Shown here: positions 52,709-61,079 of the stretch, one piece after another
Layout: every line of letters begins with the position of its first letter
Numbering within the stretch: the first letter of the stretch is position 1
From: an uncultured Spirochaetota bacterium
GTDB lineage: Bacteria > Spirochaetota > UBA4802 > UBA5550
Length of the DNA: 64,000 bases
Direction: 5' to 3'
NCBI GenBank assembly: GCA_963827275.1
Contig: CAWHAA010000005.1
Location: forward strand, 544,001-608,000
Notes under the pieces: model-generated
The model's database searches: none
What the model saw: the letters and a program-made list of their open reading frames with translations, nothing else
Told to the model about the DNA's origin: nothing
Made by a program: the position numbers and the translations under genes

Positions 52709-54709
52709 ATGGGAATCGCTGAAGACATCATCATAATCCTTATCGCCGGCCTGATCGCCGCCCTGATCGCGCACAAACTGAAGCTCCCCCCGATGGTCGG
52801 CTACATTATCGCCGGCATCTTCATCGGGCCCTTCACCGGCGGCGTGACCGTGACCAATACCCACCAGATCGAGCTGCTGGCAGAAATCGGCGTGGCCCTG
52901 CTGCTCTTTTCCATCGGCCTGGACCTGTCATTCAAGGAGATTAAGGAGGTCAGGTCCGTCGCGCTGATCGGCACCGTCATTCAGCTCACCCTGTCGATCC
53001 TGTTCGGCTACGGCATCGGGGCTCTCTCCGGCCTGGACTGGGCGCCGTCCCTGCTCCTCGGCGGGATACTCTCCCTGTCAAGCACCATGATCGTGATAAA
53101 GACACTCATGAGCAGGGGGCTGATGGGGACCCTGTCAAGCAAGGTGATGATCGGCATGCTCATCGTCCAGGACCTCGCCGCGGTCCCCATGATGATCATG
53201 ATCCCCCGGATGAACGCGATGACTGAAAGCATGGCCGCGATAGGCCTCACCCTCCTCAAGGGGGCCATCGTCCTCGCGCTGATAATCATCATAGGGACGC
53301 GCCTGATCCCTTTCATATTAAAGCAGGTGTCGAAGCTCAACTCGAGCGAGCTGTTTTTACTGTCGGTGGCGGCCCTCGGGCTCGGCGTGGGGTATGCCAC
53401 CTACGTCGCCGGCCTCTCCTTCGCGCTGGGCGCGTTTGTCACCGGCATGGTCCTGAGCGAATCCGATTACAGCCACAAGGCGCTGAGCGATATAATACCA
53501 TTGCGTGATATTTTCGGTCTGCTGTTTTTCACCTCCATCGGCATGCTGATCGATCCCTCGTTTCTTATCAACAACCTGGCCACGGTGCTGGGACTCGCGG
53601 CCCTTATCATCATCGGAAAATTCACGATATTCGCGGCAGTCACCAGGGCATTCGGCTATATCAATGTCATCCCCCTGGCCGTCGGTCTCGGCCTGTCCCA
53701 GGTAGGAGAGTTTTCGTTTGTCCTCGCGCGCATCGGCGTCAGCCAGGGCATCATGACAAAGGAAACCTATTCCATTATCCTCACCGCCTCGGTCGCGACC
53801 ATGCTCCTGTCGCCGTTCCTGACCATGCTCACCACTCCGCTCTACTCGCTTAAAAACAGGTTTTTCCGGAATGAGAAGATCCAGACGATCAACTTCCCCG
53901 CGGAAGCGCTCCGCGGGCATGTGATCATCGCCGGCGGCGGGCGTGTCGGGCATATCACCGCCTCCATCCTGCATACCCTGGGGCACCCGTTTGTCATCAT
54001 CGAACAGGACTTCTATCAATTTGAAAAATCCAAACGGGACGGGTTCCCGATCATATACGGTGACGCGGTTCAGGAACCGGTCCTGACCGCGGCGCACCTT
54101 GCTACAGCACGTCTGCTGCTGATTACCATCCCTTCAATCATGGTGTCCCGGGAGATCATCGGCATCACCGCCAGGATGAATCCCACGATACGCGTCGTGG
54201 CAAGGGGAAATAATCTCGATGAAGTCAGGGAGCTGCACGCCATGAACGTGCACGAGGTCGTCCAGCCGGAATTCGAGGCCAGCCTCGAAATGATGCGGCA
54301 GGCCATGCTGCACCTTGACATTCCCGCGCCATCGATCCAGAAGTATACCGACGACATACGCCGCCTGAATTATTCGCCCCGGCCGGACGATTCCCGCCAG
54401 CTGCTCGATGACCTGAAACGGGCGCCCTACCTGCTCGAGATGGAATGGTTCAGCATCAAGCCGGACAGCCCCGCGGCGGGGAAATCGATCAGCGAGATGA
54501 AAATCCGGACCGCAACAGGCGCGACCGTCGTGGGCATCTACAGGAAAAACAAGCTGTATCCCAACCCCGATTTCAATTTTATCTTTCAGCCCCTTGACGT
54601 TGTGGGGATCATCGGACAATGCGAAAACAGGCAGCAATTCGAGGAGATGATAGATCCTGGCGCCCAGCATCACGCAAATACATGCGAACAACCCGGAGGT
54701 CCGGCATGA
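52709..54709 (+). CDS. CPA2/Kef-type cation:proton antiporter with TrkA-N and TrkA-C domains
   Basis: AEIGV.LLLF.IGL, SLSST, QD, QVGEFSF, GGGRVG, YGDA. Confidence 0.92.
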   Translation: MGIAEDIIIILIAGLIAALIAHKLKLPPMVGYIIAGIFIGPFTGGVTVTNTHQIELLAEIGVALLLFSIGLDLSFKEIKEVRSVALIGTVIQLTLSILFGYGIGALSGLDWAPSLLLGGILSLSSTMIVIKTLMSRGLMGTLSSKVMIGMLIVQDLAAVPMMIMIPRMNAMTESMAAIGLTLLKGAIVLALIIIIGTRLIPFILKQVSKLNSSELFLLSVAALGLGVGYATYVAGLSFALGAFVTGMVLSESDYSHKALSDIIPLRDIFGLLFFTSIGMLIDPSFLINNLATVLGLAALIIIGKFTIFAAVTRAFGYINVIPLAVGLGLSQVGEFSFVLARIGVSQGIMTKETYSIILTASVATMLLSPFLTMLTTPLYSLKNRFFRNEKIQTINFPAEALRGHVIIAGGGRVGHITASILHTLGHPFVIIEQDFYQFEKSKRDGFPIIYGDAVQEPVLTAAHLATARLLLITIPSIMVSREIIGITARMNPTIRVVARGNNLDEVRELHAMNVHEVVQPEFEASLEMMRQAMLHLDIPAPSIQKYTDDIRRLNYSPRPDDSRQLLDDLKRAPYLLEMEWFSIKPDSPAAGKSISEMKIRTATGATVVGIYRKNKLYPNPDFNFIFQPLDVVGIIGQCENRQQFEEMIDPGAQHHANTCEQPGGPA

Positions 54710-55182
54710 CACGGAGTAAAATGGGATTAATCATGGTTACGGTCATCGCTCTGCTGGCGAGTACCCACCAGAGCGCTTCATCGAAAAACAGGGTGGAGAT
54801 AGTACAGACGCTATACGTTCCGGTATATTCTTCCATCTATCACGGTGACAAGCAGCGCGAATTCAACCTCGCGGTAACGGTAAGCATCAGGAACACCGAC
54901 ATGAAGCGGCCTATCATCATAGACCGCGTGGACTATTACGACACTTCAGGGAAGATCATAAAACGCTACCTGGCCGCAAAACGCACGCTCGGCCCCCTTG
55001 AATCAGTACACTACGTGGTAAAAGAATCCGACGTGGCGGGCGGGATCGGAGCAAATTTTATTATCAGGTGGCGCTCGTCGGTACCGGTAAGCGAGCCGAT
55101 CATCGAATCAGTGATGATAGGCACCGGCGGGCAGCAGGGCATATCATTCACGTCTCGCGGGGTCATTATTAAGGAAAAATAG
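54706..55182 (+). CDS. DUF3124 family protein
   Basis: YVPVYS.IY, SIRNTD, YYDTSG, GG.GANFI..W, GISFTS. Confidence 0.85.
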   Translation: MTRSKMGLIMVTVIALLASTHQSASSKNRVEIVQTLYVPVYSSIYHGDKQREFNLAVTVSIRNTDMKRPIIIDRVDYYDTSGKIIKRYLAAKRTLGPLESVHYVVKESDVAGGIGANFIIRWRSSVPVSEPIIESVMIGTGGQQGISFTSRGVIIKEK

Positions 55183-55211
55183 CGTGAGGACAACAGGCCA
55201 TCGCGCCGCCT

Positions 55212-55964
55212 TCACCTCCCGGCGCGCGCCGACGCCGCATCCCGCCCTTCAGCGTCAGACGGTCCGCCTTTTTTCTTATCCTTCCCTTTGTACATGATGA
55301 AAAGATAGTTGAACCCGCGCAGAAAAAAATTCTGCTCGATGGCCGCGGCGTGCCAGTTCCCCTTTTGCAATTTCGCATTATAACGCTTGACCGCGATGAT
55401 ATCGACCGGTTCGTAATATTCCTGCATGATCGAAAAAAGCCTGAATCCTATCGGGACGAAGGCCCTGCCCTTCTCGAACGAATCCGATACATACAGCGCC
55501 ATGTAACGCTCGGGTCTGAGGATCCGGTACGTTTCCCGTATCGCCTGCTTCATGGCGGTAAAATACTCTTCACCGCGGGCGGATAGCTCGCCGATGCATT
55601 CCGGCAGGCCGGAGTACCTGATATGGTCCGAATAGGGCGGATCGACGAACACAAAGTCAGCCTTCCCGTCCTCGAGGGGCAGTTTTCTCGCATCTGCCCG
55701 GAAGATGTCCTTTCGGACCGGCGCGAGGTCATAGCCGAGCGCGCGTCGTCCCAGCTCGCGGGCAACTTCCAGCGTGGTGCCGCTTCCGCACATGGGGTCC
55801 ACCACAAGGGCCTTCGGCTTTGTATACCGTTGCAGCAGGTTCCAGAGTATATAGGCCGGAGTGGCGCCCTGGTAGTCCTTGTGCGCCTCCATGGCCCTGC
55901 TGTACTGCTGGGAAGGGTAGTCCCAGAGTGTGGTCGTTTGCAATTTTAATGTTGGTTTTGTCAT
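55212..55964 (-). CDS. Orphan amino-methyltransferase (N4/N6 DNA methylase-like)
   Basis: DPMCGSGTT motif I and DPPY motif IV. Confidence 0.8.
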   Translation of the reverse strand: MTKPTLKLQTTTLWDYPSQQYSRAMEAHKDYQGATPAYILWNLLQRYTKPKALVVDPMCGSGTTLEVARELGRRALGYDLAPVRKDIFRADARKLPLEDGKADFVFVDPPYSDHIRYSGLPECIGELSARGEEYFTAMKQAIRETYRILRPERYMALYVSDSFEKGRAFVPIGFRLFSIMQEYYEPVDIIAVKRYNAKLQKGNWHAAAIEQNFFLRGFNYLFIMYKGKDKKKGGPSDAEGRDAASARAGR

Positions 55965-56033
55965 ACGGGGTGCCGCCTGTGGTTATCTGGAAAAAGTTAA
56001 GATCCAGCCGGGGTGGAAGTCAAGAAGAAAGCT

Positions 56034-56125
56034 GGTGTCAGAGTAAAAGGACGCATGATGTGTATAAATGAATCGTTATATTTAATAAATATATCAATAT
56101 TTTTTGGTTTGGGGTCAGAGTAAAA
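56034..56125 (+). repeat. Two solo REP-like motifs
   Basis: GGTGTCAGAGTAAAA (56034) and GGGGTCAGAGTAAAA (56111). Confidence 0.85.
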
Positions 56126-56156
56126 TTAATCGAATAATATAATAATTCACCGTCTC

Positions 56157-56774
56157 CTAGTAGAAATAATTATGGATCGCATGCAAATGTCGGCAGTTCA
56201 CAACAATCTTTTCAACTTCTCGCTTGAATGACTCATCGTATTGTATAGCAATCTCAGGATTATCATGGGTTCGCATAAGATGACGAAGCAGATCCGGTTC
56301 ATGTATTAAAATACTGTAATAATACCAATCTCTTGAAAAAATTGCAGCATAAAGGATTTCATCATCATTAAGAATTTCCCGCGCCCCGCATGAAAACACC
56401 TTCCCCCGATAACTCAGAAAACATTCATGTCGAAAAACGTGGTGTGGGCCTTCCCGATTGAGGAGGCATCCAACAGAACGTCCTTCGTCAACAAAACCCA
56501 CAAAAGGGCATTGAGGACAATCATCGAACAGCGCCGGCAGTGTCAGAGTAAACCCAGCATCATCTTGAACATAATAGGAACCGGTCATATTACTTCGGGA
56601 TGCCACCATCTTTCTAATAAAGTATTTCTCATTATACTCATTTATGACACCAGAACGACGACCAAAAAGTGCTTTAATTTCTTTTAAACTGGCCTTATAA
56701 TTATGGCTGCCACAACACAGTGCACATGATGCGCCATAACCCGGCCTGCAGATGTTAATAATATTATCGTCCAT
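56157..56774 (-). CDS. Cys-rich hypothetical protein (possible metal binding)
   Basis: SCALCCG, CPQCPFVGF, VGCLL; low GC. Confidence 0.65.
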   Translation of the reverse strand: MDDNIINICRPGYGASCALCCGSHNYKASLKEIKALFGRRSGVINEYNEKYFIRKMVASRSNMTGSYYVQDDAGFTLTLPALFDDCPQCPFVGFVDEGRSVGCLLNREGPHHVFRHECFLSYRGKVFSCGAREILNDDEILYAAIFSRDWYYYSILIHEPDLLRHLMRTHDNPEIAIQYDESFKREVEKIVVNCRHLHAIHNYFY

Positions 56775-57011
56775 GTTTTTACATGTATGGAGTCAGAGTA
56801 AACATTACAATAATAAAAAAGCCATCCATTATTGAATATCAATTTTTATTTAAAATGCACAGAACTGATTATTCAAAACAAGTAATAAACATTAGATACC
56901 ATAGCAGCAAAGTATTTAGGATGAGGATAAGAAGAAATGAAACGGCATATCCGCGAAATACAAGCAGTTTATGTATATATTGATCTCAGTATATAAACAG
57001 CTGTGAGTATT

Positions 57012-57611
57012 TCATAAAAATAGACTCTCTGGAAAAATTCGCTTCCTGTACATATTCTCCAAATCCAGCAAAACCCTTTTCCGTTCAGCAAAGATTTTTC
57101 CCAATTGAAGAAAACATTCATGCAAGGTAATTTTAACTGGAGAAATGTAATTATCACTCAAGTAACACAGGATACTACTATAAGGATAATTTCGAGGATC
57201 AACAACTATTTTACTTTTAACCGGATTATAGGCCAGATAAAAGAAAACCGCGAAAAAAGTTGCGACAGGATCATTTGCTAACTCAATTATATTATCTCTA
57301 AATCGTTCATTCCAGAACGGACCAATTCTGTTCATTATACGATTATATCGCCTGGCAAATTGCGCCTTGATATATTGCATAATCCTTGAAATAGTCTCCC
57401 CTTCATTGATTGTCCTGATAAGAAAATGAAAATGGTTATCCATTAACGTATAAAAAATAAGCTCAAATTTATATTTTTCAAGAGCCTTCCTTAATACTTG
57501 TAGCATTAAATCTTTCATTTCATCAGAGCTCATGAGATGTTTCCCCTCTATGCATCGAGACATTGTATGATAGGTTAATTCTGGCATACAAATTCTATTT
57601 TTCCGTGGCAT
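57012..57611 (-). mobile_element. REP-associated tyrosine transposase (RAYT / Y1 HUH, IS200-like)
   Basis: MPR start, YH..SR, MDNHFHFL (HUH), YNR...R.GPFW.ERF, Y...NPVK (catalytic Tyr region), YPYSS; flanked by GTCAGAGTAA motifs at 56789, 57699 and 57925. Confidence 0.88.
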
Positions 57612-57850
57612 GGCTTTGCCTTCTCCTTTACATAAATGGTGAATTCTTATAATCAATGTGTATACGAACGCTAACATTCTTATGTATAAGAAAAATTCGG
57701 GTCAGAGTAAAAAAAACAATCTTTGATCCATCTGTCAACATATGGGCCTGAGTAAATTATTCTAAGATAGTCACAATTATTACAAAATCATGCTAAATGT
57801 TAAGCACATGTAAAATAATCCCGAAATCAATCTCTATTAAATAAACCATA

Positions 57851-57879
57851 TTGACAGTCGATTGGGTGATTACTATTTT
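57851..57879 (+). promoter_or_regulatory. Possible sigma70 promoter of the gat/asp operon
   Basis: TTGACA-17 bp-TATTTT. Confidence 0.4.
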
Positions 57880-57952
57880 AAATGATATTAATCATTTATA
57901 GAGTTTAATATCATTTAAAATATTGGGGTCAGAGTAAGATATTCATTGAGTT

Positions 57953-60844
57953 ATGATTGAATTAAACAGAAAAACATCCAAAGAAATCGTACAATTGGTC
58001 AACAAGCGAGCCATATCGTGTGAGGAATTGATCCGCCATTATCTATATATGATGGAAACGTATGATCCGCTCCTCGGTTGCTTTACATCGACACGCGACA
58101 CAGAGCAACTACTGATCCAGGCTCGTGAAAGCGACACCCGCAGAAGCCGGGGCGAGGAAAAAAGCCCGATTGATGGCATCCCCATAGCCATTAAGGACAA
58201 TATTCACTCGATGGGCATCCCTACTACCTGCGGATCGGCAATCCTTGAAGGATATCTTCCTCCTTACGATGCCACCACTGTGGCCAGATTGAAAGAACGA
58301 GGGGCTATAGTTATCGGTAAGACAAATCTTGACGAATTTGCCATGGGTTCAACATGCGAAAACTCCGCCATAAAAATAACCCGCAACCCCTGGGACACTG
58401 GCCGTGTACCGGGAGGCTCTTCAGGCGGATCAGCTGCCGCGGTATCGGCCGGTTTTGTGCCGTTTGCTCTGGGCAGTGACACCGGCGGCTCAATCCGCCA
58501 GCCAGCGGCATTTTGCGGCGTAACTGGCCTCAAGCCGACCTACGGTCTGGTCTCACGCTACGGGCTCGTCTCCTACGCATCGTCCCTGGACCAGATCGGG
58601 CCGTTGGCCCGCGACGCGTACGGCTGCGCCCTTCTCCTGAACGCAATAAGCGGGTTTGATCCCCATGACTCGACGTCGCTGCCAGGCCCCGCGGTCGACC
58701 ATTCAATGCACCTGTCAGCAGGCATTCAGGGGCTGCGGCTTGCGGTCATCCCGGAGCTTTTTACGGAAGGGATATCACCCCTGGTGCGCGAGCAATTCGA
58801 AGATTCGATACAACTGCTGGGCGGACTCGGGGCGATGATCGGGGAGGCCTCGATGCCGTCCCTTCATTATGCTATAGCAACATATTATTTTATCGCATGC
58901 GCCGAGGCAGCATCAAACCTTTCACGCTACGACGGCGTGAAATACGGATACCGGAGCGGGAGCCAGCGCGATTATCATGAGATGCTGTTCACCTCCCGCT
59001 CGCGCGGCCTTGGGCGCGAGGTTAAAAAGAGGATACTTCTCGGGAACTTCGTGCTTTCATCAGGCTATTACGACGAGTACTACTGTAAGGCGCTGAAGGT
59101 GCGTGCCTTTATACGGGAAGATATCATGAGGATTCTTGAGGCCTTCGATGCCATCGCCATTCCATCAACCCCTGACATCGCGTTTCCACTCGGCGAGAGC
59201 CAGAGCGACCCGATGAAAATTTACCTCTCGGACGTGACCACGGTTATCGCGAACCTTGCCGGGCTCCCCGCTCTTTCCGTGCCCGCGGGCATGGTTCATG
59301 GGATGCCGGTCGGGCTCCAGCTGATCGGGAGGCCCCTTGATGACGGCAGGCTCCTTGGTATCGCTGCGGCGTACGAGCGTGAGCGCACGACCTCGTTTTT
59401 TCCCCCGCTTGATGTGATGTCCGATACCCTGACCCGTACGGGCATGCTGGATACGCAAAAAAATAACGGCATTCCCGCGGAAAAGGCCGTATCGTCCTAC
59501 AGCCCGGAATTTATCGGCGGGATATCCCGTTCCTACATGGCCCGCTCAACAATGGCGCCGGTGCGCGTCCTCTGCAGCATGCTTGCACAGAGCATCAACC
59601 AGCGAGTCACCATCGCCGGATGGATCCACCGGAAAAAGAGCCTCGGCGGCATAGAATTCTACGAGCTCCGCGATAGGACCGGGTTTACCCAGCTCGTGCT
59701 CGAAGGCGGCAGGCTCGATGAAAGGATAAACCTGGAAACTGTAGTGGAAGTAACCGGGACCGCAACAAAGGAAGGCCGCAGTCCCTTTGATAACATCGAA
59801 ATAAAGGTGGAGTCAATTACTATCCTTGGGAGCGCTGATTCAAACCTGCCGTTGTCGCTAAACCGGCCCCTTACGAATGTGACCCTCCCGACAATACTGG
59901 ACAACCGCGTCATCTCGGTCCGGAACCCGGACATCCTCCGGGCCTTTCGCTTGCAGTCTGAGATCGTTCGGCTGTTTTCGGAATATCTCCGCGCGAATGA
60001 TTTTACCGAGATGAAGACCCCGAAGATCATAGCGTCCGGCACCGAGGGAGGCACCAACATCTTCAAGGTAAAATATTTCGGCCGCACCGCCTACCTCGCG
60101 CAGTCCCCGCAGTTCTACAAGCAGATAATGGTGGGAAGCGGCCTCGAGCGCGTATTTGAAGTCGGGCCGGTGTTCCGTGCCGAGCACCACGACACCGTGC
60201 GCCACCTGAACGAATACATCAGCATGGACTTCGAGATGGGGTTCATCACCGACGAGCAGGACATCATCGATATGCAGGAGGGGCTGCTCCGGCACATATT
60301 CGGCGGGCTGGCAGAGCTCCGGCCCGCATTCCTCGAGGCAGATGAGCCGCTGGCGTTCCCGGAGCGCATTCCCCGCGTCCATTACCTCGAGGCGCTCGAT
60401 ATCATCCGTTCCGCCGGCGGCCGCCTCGAGGAAGGCGATATCTCCCCCGAAGGGGAAAAAATACTGTGCAGCCATTTTGAAAGAACAGGCGGATCAGAGT
60501 TCGTATACGTGATCGGCTACCCGGTAAAAAAACGGCCAATGTACACCATGCCTGACGAGCGCGTGCCGGGTTACACGCGAAGCTTCGACCTGCTCTACCG
60601 CGGCATCGAGATAACTACCGGGGGCCAGAGGATCCATGACTACGACATGCTCAAAGACAATATGAAGATGCTCGGTTTCAATCCCGCGGAATTCCGCGAC
60701 TACCTGGAGACCTTCAGGTTCGGCATGCCGCCCCATGGCGGGCTCGGTATGGGGCTCGAACGCCTGACAATGAAGATTCTGAAACTGAAAAATATCCGTG
60801 AAGCTAGCCTATTCCCGAGGGATATCAACAGGATAACGCCGTAA
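57953..60844 (+). CDS. gatA-aspS: Fusion of amidotransferase subunit GatA and archaeal-type non-discriminating aspartyl-tRNA synthetase
   Basis: aa 1-485: KDN, GKTNLDEFAMGS, GGSSGGS, GSDTGGSIRQPA, NLSRYDG; from about aa 534: GWIH..LRDRTG OB-fold, YLAQSPQFYKQ, FRAE, PPHGG.G.GLERL, FPRD. Confidence 0.9.
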   Translation: MIELNRKTSKEIVQLVNKRAISCEELIRHYLYMMETYDPLLGCFTSTRDTEQLLIQARESDTRRSRGEEKSPIDGIPIAIKDNIHSMGIPTTCGSAILEGYLPPYDATTVARLKERGAIVIGKTNLDEFAMGSTCENSAIKITRNPWDTGRVPGGSSGGSAAAVSAGFVPFALGSDTGGSIRQPAAFCGVTGLKPTYGLVSRYGLVSYASSLDQIGPLARDAYGCALLLNAISGFDPHDSTSLPGPAVDHSMHLSAGIQGLRLAVIPELFTEGISPLVREQFEDSIQLLGGLGAMIGEASMPSLHYAIATYYFIACAEAASNLSRYDGVKYGYRSGSQRDYHEMLFTSRSRGLGREVKKRILLGNFVLSSGYYDEYYCKALKVRAFIREDIMRILEAFDAIAIPSTPDIAFPLGESQSDPMKIYLSDVTTVIANLAGLPALSVPAGMVHGMPVGLQLIGRPLDDGRLLGIAAAYERERTTSFFPPLDVMSDTLTRTGMLDTQKNNGIPAEKAVSSYSPEFIGGISRSYMARSTMAPVRVLCSMLAQSINQRVTIAGWIHRKKSLGGIEFYELRDRTGFTQLVLEGGRLDERINLETVVEVTGTATKEGRSPFDNIEIKVESITILGSADSNLPLSLNRPLTNVTLPTILDNRVISVRNPDILRAFRLQSEIVRLFSEYLRANDFTEMKTPKIIASGTEGGTNIFKVKYFGRTAYLAQSPQFYKQIMVGSGLERVFEVGPVFRAEHHDTVRHLNEYISMDFEMGFITDEQDIIDMQEGLLRHIFGGLAELRPAFLEADEPLAFPERIPRVHYLEALDIIRSAGGRLEEGDISPEGEKILCSHFERTGGSEFVYVIGYPVKKRPMYTMPDERVPGYTRSFDLLYRGIEITTGGQRIHDYDMLKDNMKMLGFNPAEFRDYLETFRFGMPPHGGLGMGLERLTMKILKLKNIREASLFPRDINRITP

Positions 60845-60856
60845 AATCAGATTGTT

Positions 60857-61074
60857 GGGGTCAGAGTAAAATCTATTTTTGGGTAATGGTGTCAGAGTAA
60901 CCGTGCTACCGATAACTATCGGTCATGTATGAAGGGGTCAGAGTAAAAGATAAAAAGATAAAGGGGTCAGAGTAAAAGATAATGATTAGAAAACAAATAA
61001 AGTCTACAAACATAAAAAATATGTCAGATATTTCCCGCTCCTGATATCTGGAGCCGGATAAGGGGTCAGAGTAA
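60857..61074 (+). repeat. REP-like cluster between the two gat genes
   Basis: GG(G/T)GTCAGAGTAA at 60857, 60888, 60934, 60963 and 61062; palindrome ACCGATAACTATCGGT at 60908. Confidence 0.9.
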
Positions 61075-61079
61075 CTACC

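Noticed and set aside
57012..57611. Autonomous IS200/IS605 element with TnpB
   Set aside because: No tnpB and no clear IS end hairpins; the protein features and flanking repeats fit a RAYT better.
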